From Lama guanicoe (taxonomy: Eukaryota): a stretch of DNA of 64,000 nt. This document shows positions 28,439 through 43,360 of this stretch, in pieces. Within the stretch, counting starts at the first letter, position 1; the number at the start of each line of letters is the position of its first letter. The translations under genes were made by a program, and so were the position numbers. The notes beneath the pieces are model-generated. The model saw nothing but the letters and a program-made list of their open reading frames with translations, made no database searches and was not told the origin of the DNA. The DNA is taken from positions 1,982,011-2,046,010 of the forward strand of contig MU054117.1 of assembly GCA_013239625.1 (NCBI GenBank), given 5' to 3'.

Positions 28439-29319
28439 TAAGTCTTAAGTGGTTTTCTGTTTGGTTTGGTTTGGTTTTTTCCACCAGAGTAGAGGCAGAA
28501 ATCTTGCTGGCCTGTGAGGCCCTATGTCTTCCTCAAGGCCGTGTTTCTCCAGGCCCGGTGATGTTTCTCCAGGCCCTGTGACACCCCATTCTTAGCTCCT
28601 CCCACCCCTTCTGTCCAGCTCCTCGCTGCATCCTTCACGCTCTCTGCGCACTGCTGCGTGGCGCCGGCACACTTGCTCTCTGCTCTGCTTGGAGTTGTCC
28701 CCTGACGTCCTGATGGCTTTCCCTCACTTCTTCCAAGTCTTTTTCAGATGTCACATTCTTGGAGAGGCCTTCTCTGACACCCCTCTGTAAAACTGCAGCT
28801 TTTTATTCTCTCCTGCTTTGTTCTTGTCGTGGCCCCGTCCCCTCCTGATACGCCAGCTTACTGTCTGTCTGTCTCCTTCCTCCCTCAGCCCTGTTTGGAT
28901 GTTATGCTGGGGTAGAATGTTAGGGGTTTCTGTCCTTTTCCTCAGTGCTCTCTTTCCTGTGCTTTGAGCAGTGCCCGGCACACAGTAGGTGTGTGATAGG
29001 TATCTGTGAGTAGACGGTGCTGCAGGCTGGAGGCGGGCAGCAGCAAGGGTAGCCTGGATGGATGCAGGGAGGCTGCTGCTGAGCAGCGTGGGAGGCTGCT
29101 GCTGAGCAGCGTGGGAGCCTGTGCTCCTGATTTTCTGCAGCTCGTCCAAGTCCAGTTCCCTGTGCTGCTGTTTTCATAGTGATCCCAGCACATTCTGAGG
29201 AGCGGCTTTTAGTCTAGCAGCTCATATTGCGTTTTTAATTACGTTGTAAATCTTTTTATCTTTCGTTTGATCAGAGAACTTTTAAAGGGACGTGGATCAG
29301 TGACTCTTCACCTGTCATT

Positions 29320-29445
29320 AGGTCACTGACTCCCTTGGAGAGTGCGGCGAAAGCGTAGATGCCCTTTTCTTAGAAAAATGCACATGCTCAAATAATTTTG
29401 AACCAGTTTCAGAGGGTTCATTGTCTCCCAAGTCAGGTTAAATGC
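29320..29445. mobile_element. Probable hAT relic (MER117-like)
   Basis: ggtcactgactcccttggagagt...agaaaaatgcaca...aattttg..tttcagagggttca...caggttaa. Confidence 0.5.
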
Positions 29446-29736
29446 CCTTTTTGTACACCTTAGGTTCAGTTTCTTGAGGCAGAGGATTTAGTTTATCAGT
29501 GAACTTAACATCTTGCTGTGAGGAATTTCTTGAATGTTTGGAATGTTTAATACTTGTAAGACTGGAGGAACTGTAACTGGGAGAGTTGAAACTTGACTCA
29601 TGAGCTAAAGACCTAAAAACCTGACTCAGAAGTGAGCACCATCGCAGTGAAATTCCTCAGACGCTGGTATCTTGGGATTTCTTGGGTTAGCGTTTTAAAG
29701 AGCCCAGAGGCCCCTTCGATATCAGAGTGGCTGTGA

Positions 29737-30015
<279 letters not shown>

Positions 30016-30430
30016 TAGTTGGCAGTAAGAATCTCTTGGATTCATTCTTAGTCTTTAATTCTTCCTTTAAAGTTCTGAAACTAAGGCTAGTTTAGAAGTT
30101 TTTCTCTTTATTGGTTTTAGGCCAGAACAGAACCCCCATTTAACATAGATGTAACTGAAATGCAAAAAATTAGTTAAAGGAATTTGAATGTATCAGTGAG
30201 TTATTAGTTTGTGAACTTTTAAAAATGCAGAACTCTGAAATTACTAGAGCCCCCACGGTTTGATGAATATGTAAAATCTTATAAGTATGTATCAGATACA
30301 GGAATCTGCATAGTGATCTCTTGATGGTTTGTGACGTGTTCTTGTGACTTGCCGTGGCCTGGTGTCTGGAGTGGTGTTTGTCAAGGTTCTCAGCCATGAC
30401 ATCCAGTGTCAGTGGTGGTGGTGTCCTACC

Positions 30431-30816
30431 CCGTGTCCCTAGGGCGTCCTGTAGCTGGCCCTGCCCCGTGTCCCTAGGGCGTCCTGTAGCTGGCCCTGCC
30501 CCGTGTCCCTAGGGCGTCCTGTAGCTGGCCCTGCCCCGTGTCCCTAGGGCGTCCTGTAGCTGGCCCTGCCGCGTGTCCTTAGGGCGTCCTGTAGCCACAC
30601 CTGCCTTCCTGAGAGGCTTTCTTGCTGAGGCACCTGCGACGCCACGTACTTGGGCTTCCTTGGGTTCGCAGCTCAACCGTGTCCCTAGGGCGTCCTGTAG
30701 CTGGCCCTGCCGCGTGTCCTTAGGGCGTCCTGTAGCCACACCTGCCTTCCTGAGAGGCTTTCTTGCTGAGGCACCTGCGACGCCACGTACTTGGGCTTCC
30801 TTGGGTTCGCAGCTCA
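30431..30816. repeat. GC-rich 35-bp minisatellite with a higher-order 141-bp duplication
   Basis: ccgtgtccctagggcgtcctgtagctggccctgcc x4 (30431-30570) plus a variant; 30536-30675 is identical to 30677-30816. Confidence 0.97.
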
Positions 30817-32060
30817 CAGCCCTTCTCATCTGGGGAGCTGTTTGCTTTCTTCTCGGCCGGGCGTCTTGAGTGTTGGGGTTCTTAGGAGTCTCGTCCCTCT
30901 CTTTATTCCGGACCCTGATCTCTCCTTCTGAGTCTGGTGACGTGAACATCACCTCTGTCCAGCTGGTTCCCAGCTCTGACTGCCCTCCTCCTTTTCTGCA
31001 GACTTGTATGTTCAGTTGCGCACTCTGCGTTTCCCTTTGGTAGACTCAAAGGCATCTCAAAAGCCTTTTGATGAATCCGAAATCTTAACTCCTTCATTTC
31101 CCTTATGCACCACTTTCAGTCTTTAAGTAAGCGCAGCTGTGATCTCCAGAAAGTATCCTGAAGTGGGCCATTACTCGTCGTCTCCATTACTTAAGTGACC
31201 CTCTGAACACGGGGATCCGTCCCTTAGGTCACCACAGCAGCTTCTTAACTGGTCTTCCTCCGTCTGCTCCTGTCCCCGAATGTTTCTAATTCAGTAGCCA
31301 GAGCAATTGTGTGAAACAAGGCGAATCACGTCACCTCCCTGTGGTTAAACTGCTCCAGGGGTTCCCCAAAGCCATTAGAATGGAATTGTAATGAATCCCA
31401 AACTCACTGTAATCAGTCTGCAAGGCGCTGTGTGACCTGACCTCTGCTTATTCCTTGCCTGCACTTCTCCCTCGTCCCTCTGGCCCCGTCGTCCACTTCG
31501 GGGCAGGACACAAGCTCGTTCCTCTTCAGAAGCTTTGCAGTTAACGTTTGCTCTGCCTGAACTGCTCTTCCTCCAGGTCTTCGTGTGGCTTCCATCCCTG
31601 CCTCCTCATTTTAGTTTTGGTTCATTTGGCTTTTGTGGCCATCATTGCAAAGTAATATGCTTCCTGTCCCCCTGGTCACTCTTTGTTGTATTGCCCTATT
31701 TAATTTACATAGCACTTAAACTGACTGAAACATTTGTGTCTTCAGTGTCTGGTCACCTATATTAAAGTGTATGTTCCTTTGTATTTTTTGTTAAATGCTG
31801 TGTTCCTGGAATAGTGCTTGCATCTAAATCAGTAGTCATTAAATATTTTTCGAGTGAATCAATCACATTTAAAAGTAGGACTATGTAAATAATTACGGAG
31901 AAGTGTATTTATGCCTTTATCACACCTGTTTGGTGCTGTAGTGGTGAGATTATTAGAAGACAGTCCAGAATCTGGTAGTTTACCTGAACTATATATATAT
32001 TCCATATTCACTTTGTATCTTTTGAGCTGTTTTTTACTTTCCTTCTTTGGACCTTTTCAG

Positions 32061-32416
32061 AATCTGCTGGACGATGTGGAGGAGTTTCATGAACGTGCTC
32101 AAGAGGCCATGATGGATGAAACCCCAGATTCCTCCAAACTCCAGACGCTGATAGACTTGGGCTCCAGTCTGTATGTGGAGCTGCCCGAACTGGCCCGGCT
32201 GAAGCAGGAGCTGCAGCAGGCTCGATGGCTGGATGAAGTGAGACTGACACTGTCAGACCCACAGCAGGTCACTCTGGATGTCCTGAAGAGACTGATAGAC
32301 TCTGGGGTGGGCTTGGCGCCCCACCACGCGGTGGAGAAGGCGATGGCTGAGCTCCAGGAGCTCCTCACCGTCTCTGAGCGATGGGAAGAAAAGGCCAAGG
32401 TCTGCCTGCAGGCAAG
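32061..32416 (+). CDS. KDM5A: KDM5A exon 19 (PLU-1), 356 nt
   Basis: tttcag|AAT...GCAAG|gtgaat; [23 protein letters not shown]...[12 protein letters not shown]. Confidence 0.97.
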
Positions 32417-33574
32417 GTGAATGCATATATTGGTGACTGTCGCCTCCAGTAACTAGGTCAGAGGGTAGGTGGGGTGGGATTGTAAGGGTCTCTGTCCTTA
32501 AATGTTTAATCAAGTGTCCGGTGTCTCCCCTGACTGGTCCCTCAGTTCTCAGATGTGTCTGCCTAGAGATAGTCTCTCATGTTGTACGCACTGTGCAGAG
32601 TGCTTTGTTAGGCACTTTCGTAAGTGGTCCAGGTGGTACTTTGCTTGGAGCCCAAGCCCCTTTGTTGCCGGCACTGTAGTTGGGAGCCAGGAAGCACGAA
32701 GCTCAGCTGCGCTGTGGTGCTGGTGCTGGTGTAACTGAGCAGCACAGGAGGACGCTGGAGGGATTCATTGCAGAGGCCCTGTTAGCGTGATGGTCAGGAG
32801 AGAAGCTTGAGAGGGAGGTGAGGACGTCCGTAGGGCCTTGAAGGGTGAGGAGGATCGAGGTGGAAGTGGGGAAGGTGGGCCAAGTTTAAGGAACATGCCG
32901 GGTGTGCTCGGGTGACAAAGCTGGATGTCTCTCCCTGAGTGGACGATGGATGCGGGCAAGTGCAGGGCGGTGGGAGTCAGGCAGGAGAGTGGGGAGTGTT
33001 GGCATCAGCACCCACTGGGTTGTGAGACTTGGGTGAACGTGCATCGGTTTGACTTTACGTGATGCCCTTCATGGAAGTTTCTTCAGCAGCTAAGATGAGT
33101 GTTTATGTAGTTTCTTTTGGGAGGACGAGGAAACTGGCACACTTACAGACATCACATAGTTGTTAAGTAACACAGCTCAGATTGAAAGCCTTTCCCGCTT
33201 TGTTCCAAGTCTCCATGGGCTTAATTACTTGGCCAGCCGCTTGCTTTGGATGCACTTGACAGGAAAGCCTTGGATGACTTAATTAGCACAGTTCTGTTCA
33301 GCCAGGAGAGGCTCCATGCATCCTGGATACTTTGCTCTCCAGATGCCATTGAGAATGCTTGATAAAATTTATAGTTTTTCCTGCCTGAAACATTCACATT
33401 ATCCTGTGTCTTCAGATTCACGACTATACCAGGAGGTGGGAGCATATTAAATGGAAAAAGCTAAGTAACTCTGGAATGCAAGTATGATTTGGCATATCCG
33501 ATGCGTCTGCCGTAGTCTGCTGAATGAAATTTTGGTGGTAGTAATATTTGAAAACTTTTCCTTTTCCTGTTTTC

Positions 33575-35130
33575 CTACGTTGAATCAGTCACCAAGGTTT
33601 TGGTGATTTTACATCCAAAATGTCTTTTATATCGACCTTCTTTAACTCCATTGTCACTGACCTGGTTATAGAACTCTCCTGTTTTCCCTTGACCCTTGCA
33701 GCTCAGGGAGTATTTACAGAGTACCTGCTGTGTGCCGGGCCCTGTTCCTGAGTGCTGTGGGGGCAGCAGGGGGAAGGCACACAGGGTCCCGGCCCTCAAG
33801 CAGAGTCAGCATTTCAGTGGGGAGAGGCAAGTAAGTGAATGAATGAACGAGTGGCAGATGATCGCAGTCATGAAGAAGATAAACTTGGTAAAGAACGGAG
33901 TGGTGGGGCCGGTGGGGGTAGTGGGAGTCTGAGAACTTGCTTTTCCAGCCCTGGTGACAGCTGTCTTTCTGAAGACGTGGTATTCCTCGTCCCTTGGCGG
34001 TGCTCGGCTGCCCACCGCTCCTTTCTGGTTATCCTGCTACTTGGCCTTTGGCCGTCTGTCTGCTCCTTAGAGAGTGGCCTTCCTCAGGATTCTGGCCCAG
34101 CCAGTTCTCTTCCTGCTCTGTGCTCCTCCTTGGAGGTTTTGTCTAATTTCTTATCTCCATTTACCATCTTTATACTGACTACCTCCAAGTTCTCATCTGT
34201 ATATCATGTATGTTTTCCTCACAGGTGCCATCTGCCTGTTAGAGAATTCTGTTACATGTCCCATTGGTACCTCAGATTCCCCGTATCTGAAATTAGCCTC
34301 GTTAACTCCTTCCTGTACTCTCTTCCCTTGTTCCTTTCCTCTTTGAATTCTGCCGTCTTTCACTCATTTGAACAAGGCAGAACTTTGGAAATTAACTCTG
34401 ACCCCTCCCTCCCGTTTCCTTCCCCTCAGACTCAGTTAGCTACCAAGTCTTGTTGGTTATGTTTCCTCCGTGTTTCGCACTTCCACTCTTCGTGCTGTTA
34501 TCACAGCTGCTCAGATAGATCAGAGCCACAGATTCTGTCTGTGACCTCACCCATCTGTAATCTGTCTCCACAGTGCAGCTAGTGTTTTCCTGAAATACCG
34601 GTGTGGCTGTTTGATTCCCTTGCTTAAAGCCTGTCGGTTTCCCGTTCCCCTTGGGGTGAAGTTCAGGCTCCTTAACCTGACCTGCAAGGCCACCTGTAGT
34701 CCAGCCCCTTACTTAAATATCCAGCCTCACCCCTTGCCATTCTTGCCCTGTGTTCTGCATTCTGTGATTCCTTCCCGCTGCCCCCAGCCTGGTTCCTCGG
34801 ATACACCACAGAACTCTTCCCCTGCCGGCCCGGCCCCGCGGTGCGCCCCCACCAGCCCTACCCTTCTTCTAGTCCCAAGTCTCTGACTAGCTCCTGTTCA
34901 CCAAGGGTAAGCAAGCTTCTGGGAAGCCTTCCTTCGTTGCCGGGTCAGTCAGGTCCCCCTGCTGTGTGTTCTGCTAGCGTCTTCACTTGCTTCTGTCACT
35001 GCACTTACAGTGCATCATAGCTCTTTATTAATAATCACCTGCCCCCAGACTGAAAGGTGTCCGGAGGTGAGGACCCTGTCACTCTTGTGCATGAACAGTC
35101 TCTAGGACCTGGCACATAGAGGGATTCACG
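33575..35130. mobile_element. Cluster of LINE-2 relics
   Basis: L2-like motifs: gtatttacagagtacctgctgtgtgcc; tcccttgcttaaagcc..gttcaggctccttaacctg; tctaggacctggcacatag. Confidence 0.55.
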
Positions 35131-35213
35131 GATGATGAAACTGTCTCCACCCTCGGTAGCTTCCCATGACATAGTGAAATGCATGGCTCTCAAGACTTCA
35201 TTTTAAAAAAAAA

Positions 35214-35319
35214 GTTAGGTTTTTTATTTTTATCTATTTTTTAATGGAGGCACTGGGGATTGAACCCAGGACCCTGTGCGTGCTCAGCACTGCTCTACTG
35301 CTGAGCTGGCCCCTCCCCC
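35214..35319 (-). mobile_element. Camelid tRNA-derived SINE (Vic-1-like)
   Basis: ggaggcactggggattgaacccaggaccctgtgcgtgctcagcac..ctgagctggcccctcccc; imperfect TSD aagac(t/c)tc. Confidence 0.88.
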
Positions 35320-36026
35320 GAAGACCTCTTAACTTGCATCTTTCTTCCCAGCCAAGTTGCCCTGTTTCTTGCTGTTGCTCTCACCCTGCCTCTCATTTTC
35401 ACCACCCCCGTCGTACCCTGGTTTACCAGCTCATGTTTAAGTATTTCCCCGTGTCTGTCCGTCATGTTCCTGTTGTTTTTCCTTTGACCTTTCATTTGAC
35501 CAGATCGCATTTCTTAAGGCCTCTCTCCGAACCCTTATCGGCTCTCCTCGGCAGAGTTGACCACCAGCCCCTGGAGTAGTGAGCCTGTACTGGTTTGTAC
35601 TGAGTTCCCGGGACAAGTGTGATTCTCACCTTGCTCTGACTGGTGGATGAAAAGGCCTGTGTGAAACCAGGCGTTAGTGGGCGTGGCTGGAGTAAGTGGG
35701 CGTGATCGGCTGGTGGCTTTCTGGACTGCTGTTCCCTGCTTGCTCTGTGTGTGCGCGTCTGACTGCCAGGGCGAGAACTAAAGCAGAAGTCATGGAGTGG
35801 AAGGAGCGCGGCATCTGTGGTTCCTCTGAGTCAGTGTTTCCTGACTCCATTGAATGTCTGAGGGAAACAATTGATACTCTTTGAGTTAAACTTTTACTGT
35901 CTGTGAAGTGGCAGTAAAGGCCATAGCTGTTTGCTTCCCTTAGAGGACTACGGTAAGAATGAAATGAAGTCACACGTATGAAAGTTTTTCACACGTTTCC
36001 AAACGTTATTTAAGTGTTGGTGGTAG

Positions 36027-36263
<237 letters not shown>

Positions 36264-38455
36264 TAGTTCTTTAGAATAACTGTATTAAAATAATCGTGTG
36301 CTGAAGTTTACTTGTTCTTCCGTCTGATTTTGTAAAATGTGTGTTACCTGTTGAAACATTACATGTTTGTATTGACTCCCTGCTGTGAAAGATGACAGGA
36401 TTAGCCATTAATTTAATGCTTGGTGGTAGAGAGTTATTTCCTGCTGTATTCTTGGTCTCTTTTGCCATGTGCACCAATTACTTTTAAAAGAAGAGGCAGA
36501 AGAAAAAATGAAATCAACGTTTACTGAACACAGTACCCCTGGTGCTGTTCCAGTGGTTTGGGAGCAGGAGTGTAAGGGATGGGTATGAAGATAGAACCTT
36601 GGACTTAAAATTGTGTGTTCCCTAGTTGGAGAGAAGCACGTTACACATCTGTAATTCAGACAATGAACTAAGTGTTAGGGATGAAAGTCTGCTTGAATGC
36701 ATACTGTTTCTTCTAGATTATAAAAACCATCAACCAGCACTTCCAGTATTGAGTGTATAAATGCTCTCTGTTGTAAACCAACTCTTTTCTGCTAAACTGC
36801 TGCCCCTGGAAAGAGTATTCTAGGTGTCGGGTTCTGATGACTTCTCTTTTATTTTCTTTTCACTCGGCTTTTTCTGGGGCCTGCTTAGTTGCTGCTCTTC
36901 TTTCTGTTTTTTAAAATTGTCTGTTTGGAACAGGACAGCCTCTCTGTTTGTTTCGTCTTTGAACCGTTTCAGGCAGTTGGGTGTCTTTGGGACTGATCAT
37001 CCCTGATCAGTAGCTGGCTGTTTACTTACTGTTGAAGGACCGAGCCGGCTCGGGGAGGTAGCTGTCGTGCGTTTCCTGTGTCATTCTGAAGGACTTTCCG
37101 TCCACCAGGCCCTTCCCTTCAGCAGGAGGACTGACTTGACGGCTCTGAGAAAGTGGGCAGCCTCTGCTGGCAGGCAGGCGCTTGTCTAGGGCTGTGGCTC
37201 GAGTGCGGCTGTGTCTGGGCTTGGCAGGAGGAATCCTGCAGTCAGGTGGCTGTCACTGGGCACAAAGGGAGCAGTAGTAACCACGGCGATTCTTGAGCCG
37301 TATCTGAGCTTTCTTTTCTCTTCCAGTGGCTGTCCCAGTGCCGAAGTGATTTAATGATATAATATCTCGTAATGCTGAGCCTTCTTACTATTCTTTTTAA
37401 AAAATTCACTTAGATTTCTTGTCTGTTTCTGTTTCAGTGCGACTTTTAAAATGAATTTGTTAGTGAATGAGTCAGTTAGTACATGGGAAATAACCTTGCT
37501 GGAATGTTGGCATTTAGCGCATGACACTGCTTTCCTTCGTATCCTCTGAATGATGATGAATGTTTTGGGGATAGATACAGTCCTGCTAGGAATGGTGTGT
37601 GTTCTGTGTGCTGGGAAGTTCATCCCATCTGAGCTGTCACTCGGAGTTACTGTCTGCAGGCGGCCAACCTGCTCCTTCTGGCGTTCCTGCCAAGTCCCTG
37701 GAATGGGTTACTTACTAATGCTCCCATTTCCTGTAATGATTCAGTTATTTGGTAAATTTAAAGCAGTATATAAGTTTTAAAAAAACAGTGATCACTTCAT
37801 TATGTGAAAATGTTGAAACACTGTGACTTAGAAGAAAAGTAGCCATTCTCATCTGTGTTTGTAGAGCATAAAACGGAGATGGTTATCAGAACTAAAGCAC
37901 TGCTTTGTAGTAGTTGGGAAAATTGTGGAAGACTTTGAAACAGCAGAAGAGATTGCTGGACGCCCTTTCAGTGGGTGGTGGACGTTGTCTGGGGAAGCAT
38001 CCAGGACTGGCCGATTCAAGGAGTGTATTCCTTAGACTTCTCTTCGACCAAGCTATTCTGCAACTCTGTCAGTTACTTTAAAATGATAGTAAAATGAATG
38101 AATGATGTCCACTGAAAAGCAGCTAAATTTATAAGGAACAGTTGATTTTCAGTTGTAGGAAAGATGATTCCATTGACCTGTGTGATATTAAGCATCTGTT
38201 CTATCTGTTAGCAAATAACTTTCCTCAGTCCTGAATTGCATTTATATGTCTGTTCTTTGCCTTGTCTTTTGAACTGATTTTTCATCTTACTGGTTCCCTC
38301 ATTAATTAATAAATCAAAAATCTTTGACAACGTGAATTTACACAAACTTTTTTAAAAAGGACATTGGAAGGCTCTGTTAATTCAAAACGTACAATTAGGT
38401 TTAAAGAATAATTAATAAAAGAGTTCAACACTAAACCCTTTGTAAGGCCTGCTGA

Positions 38456-38782
<327 letters not shown>

Positions 38783-39024
38783 TGAGGGTGGCTCTCAGTT
38801 TATCTGGTCATGGTTACACAAGTGATTGCTGCTGGGTGATACCAGACGCTGACCAGAAATCGAGACCTCAGGCAGACTGGTTTCCAGCTCATCGTGTGCT
38901 GTGTCCAGACAAAGCAGTCAGCTTGGATCTCCTCTCTGTCGTTTCAGCGGCTCTGTCACTGTGAGGTCTTATTTCTCAGAAGCACAGATTTAAGTACTCA
39001 TTACCCTTTTCATGTTGAACAGTT

Positions 39025-39275
39025 GAACACAGCAGCTGAGAGCATGGGCTTTGGAATAAGATCGTTTCATGTTTGAGAACTGGCTCCCTGGTGCTAACCT
39101 TGCATCTGTGGGCAGCTTATCGCCTTTCTGAACCTCGGTTCCCTCGTTTGTAAAGTGCGGATAATACTTCCTACTCAAAGGATTCTTGGGAGGTTTGAAT
39201 TAGATAATGTGTGTAAAGTTCATAAGAACGTGTCTAGGACATGATGAGTGGTCAGTAAATGGTTTCTTTTATTAT
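39025..39275 (+). mobile_element. MIR SINE relic
   Basis: gagagcatgggctttggaa...gggcagcttatcgcctttctgaacctcggttccctcgtttgtaaagtgcggataata...ttagataatgtgtgtaaag. Confidence 0.75.
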
Positions 39276-39333
39276 TTTCAATTCTAAGTTTTTTTAAAAA
39301 ACCAGACCTCAATATTTGGTTTTACTTTTGTAG

Positions 39334-39543
<210 letters not shown>

Positions 39544-40514
39544 TGACGGTCTTAAGATGCACGTTTTTTATGTTCTTAACTTTATTTTTGTGTACTTTAT
39601 GGTTATACATATTTGACGTATTTTAAAATATTTATAATCAAAGTATATAAAAAGTTTACTATTTTCTCTCCCTAAAACTGTTTTTTCCATATCTGTCTTT
39701 ATTGTGGTTTTAATAGTTGTCTAATATTCCATCAAATTGTTTACAATTTGCTGAACACTTTTCTGACATTGGCCATGTTTGTTGTTACTAAGTGTTCACT
39801 ATTACGGATAATGACAAAGTGAACTTCTTTGTAAAGCGTTTTCTTTTTTTCAGATTATTTTCCTTCATTGACTCTTAGGATTGGGATTACTGGACTGGAA
39901 GTAATAGCATTTTGCGATGCTTAATGCTATGGTGTTTCTCAAAGGAATTGTACCAGCTTGCTGATACCAGCTACTGTTTAAAATACCTGCTTCCTCTTAG
40001 GAGCATTCAGTTGTATAGTGAGTGCGCAGTGACATGTTTGTAGCTAATTATGGGTTTTATTGGCGAGTAAGAGGAAGGTGGTAAGATTACGAGGAGCCTG
40101 AGGAGGAGGAGGGTAAAAGTGAATTTGGTCGATTCGCGACAGCAGGGAATTGCATGTACTCAGTGGCTCGATAGGACTACTTCTGCCACAGGTGATCCTA
40201 TTTTGAGGCTGACGGAAATGATTTCTTGTTAGAGAGCCTGCCTAATGCAGCAGTCTTGCCAGACAAATAACACTGGAAATTATTTCAGACTTGTTTCAGA
40301 GCTGCCAGAGTTTAAACAGAAAATGCCCTAACAGTGTGCATGATAATTAAGTTTTGTTTGGTTTTATATACTTTTTGAATTGAGTTACGTGAAACCTTGT
40401 TATGGTTAGTTGCCAGGCTCAATTATTCCTCTACACAAGCTGGAAAGTCCTAGAAGGAAATAAAAACTGATTTGTGTAGAACTTCCCTCCAGGGGATGAA
40501 TTACCAGGTGGGGG

Positions 40515-40700
40515 CAGCTAATACTTACTGAACGTTTACCTTGCGCCAGGCACCAAGCTGGGCGCTTTCATGTGTTACCTTCTTTAATCTTTAAAACAAC
40601 AAAATGAGGTTGGTGGTATCCTCACTTTTCAGAAAACTGAGACTCAGCAAACGTGCACCTTGGAGCAGGAGTCCGTGGTACGTACAGGACCAGGCTTCAC
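40515..40700 (-). mobile_element. MIR SINE relic
   Basis: acttactgaacgtttaccttgcgccaggcac...tttaatctt..aacaac..atgagg...ttttcagaaaactgagactcag. Confidence 0.7.
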
Positions 40701-40979
40701 GCCCGGGTGGCTTGGCTTCAGGGCATGCCATCTTCCTGCTGCACCCTGCAGAAGATGCAAGTACTGTACTGTCACAAATGGTGGCACTTTGCTCATTTCA
40801 CAGAGGAAGAATGTTTGCACAGAAACCATCAGGCCTTCTCAAATTTTAGGGAATGACTGACAGCTGATTTTTTTTTTAAGAACAATGCTCTGTCACTATG
40901 AGACTGCACTGTGGAGAGAATCCCTTAGCCTTGAGGATTTGGTATTTTTGGAGTATTTTGCAGTGACTCCATTCAATGA

Positions 40980-41555
<576 letters not shown>

Positions 41556-41910
41556 TGAGGGATTTTCCCCCCGGTTCATGGGATAACGTTTGTCAGTGTG
41601 TAAATAGTGACCCAAGTCTGTCTGACCGTTTGATTAGGAAAATAACAGTAAGTTGCCAGCAGCTCTATTATGCTTAGTGTCTTCTTTCTGCGTATGCCCG
41701 TAGGATTTTCTTTGGCTATAGACCCAGGTCGTTTTATTGAAATACTACCTGGAAATACCATTCAAGTGGACCTTGGCCTCATAATCAAATAATTTGACCT
41801 GCACTAACTGTTGAACTGTTAGCCACTTGGCAAGTTCATTATCAGTGGGTGGTAATCACTCATGTTTACTTAATGTCTCTCTGTTCGTCTTGGAATTGCT
41901 TGTTCTCTAG

Positions 41911-42093
<183 letters not shown>

Positions 42094-42687
42094 TGAGTTT
42101 GATAACAGTGGTGAACCCTGATGTTCAAGGCCTGCAGGTGGGGGAGAGAGCAAGTCGTCTGTCTATCCTGAGTTTATGGTGATAGCATTTTTTCAATGCT
42201 CAAAAAAAATACAGATTGATAAAACAACAGATTTTTTTTTAAGATTGGAATTTTTAAAACTGTACTTATTTTCCTCACCTTGTAACTCCTTAGGGCTTAC
42301 AGGGACTAGAAAAATTATACATTTAAGTTACTAAAAGCTCTCATGACTGATGACAGTGTGTTTTCCTTTGGGTCGTTGACATGTGTAGCTGTGTTTGAAG
42401 CATCGCATTTGAGCTGTGCTTTGGGACTTGCGTCTCTCATGCTTCATCTGGATGGTGTTAGACTCCGTGTCCTGTTCAGGGATGTGTCGTACTTGGGCCT
42501 GTGGTTTGAATTTGTAGAGTTAAAGTCACAGTTAGAGCATAGTATTTGCCCTCAGTGTGATTGTTTTGATAATGACACCACGCTGGGTGATGAAAGAAAG
42601 GTTTTGGCAAGTTTTTATGTTGGAGCCTGTTGGCCTTTTATTGTTACTTCATGTTACACCCAAGACCTTTGTCTTTTGTGCAGTGGT

Positions 42688-42769
42688 AACGTCATGATCT
42701 AGGCAGAGACCCTGCCAGCTTATAATTAAACGTCATGATCTAGGCAGAGACCCTGCCAGCTTATAATTA
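42688..42769. repeat. Perfect 41-bp tandem duplication
   Basis: aacgtcatgatctaggcagagaccctgccagcttataatta x2. Confidence 0.97.
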
Positions 42770-43044
42770 ATCCATTCGTATTGTTCTTTGTTGAGCTTAT
42801 GTTTAGTATCTATGCCTGTAACCAGTTTGTACTCTGATATATAAAAAAACTAGAGTGCGTTCTTTTCCCTGCTTGTTCACTGTCTTTTCAGCAGGCGTAT
42901 CAGGTAGGCATGCTCCTTCTTAGAGCATAAATACCATCAGTGTTAAAACTCCCAGGATATAAAATTAAAGCTATCCATCATAGATGCTTATAAATCATCT
43001 GCTGGAAAACAGTTTTTCCTCAGGGTAAAAATGGACCCAGGAGA

Positions 43045-43360
43045 TTTTTTTTTTTAATTGATGTGTAGTCAGTTACAATGTGTCAGTTTCTGGTGTGCGG
43101 CACAATGTCCCAGTCATGTATATATATATATATATATATGTGTATTCATTTTCTTTTTCTTTTTCATTAAAGGTTATTACAAGATACTAAATATAGTTCC
43201 CTGTGCTGTACAGAAGAATTTGCTTTTTGTCTGTTTTTATATAGTGGTTAACATTTGCAACTCTCAGAAACTCCCAAATTTATCCTTTCCCACCCCCTTT
43301 CCCCCGGTAACCATAAGATTACTTACTGTATCTGCAAGTCTGTTTTGTTCATTAGTGTCC
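43045..43360 (-). mobile_element. Lineage-specific L1 3'-end fragment with internal (TA)n
   Basis: Poly-T then aattgatgtgtagtcagttacaatgtgtcagtttctggtg...atatagttccctgtgctgtacag...ggtaaccataag. Confidence 0.8.

Noticed and set aside
30431..30816. 35-bp repeats with a palindrome resembling a CRISPR array
   Set aside because: Units are directly adjacent with no unique spacers, the only intervening block is itself duplicated, there are no cas genes, and the context is a mammalian intron
33839..34582. 247-aa ORF in intron 19
   Set aside because: Low-complexity Ser/Leu/Phe-rich translation of pyrimidine-rich L2 relics, non-ATG start, no recognisable domain
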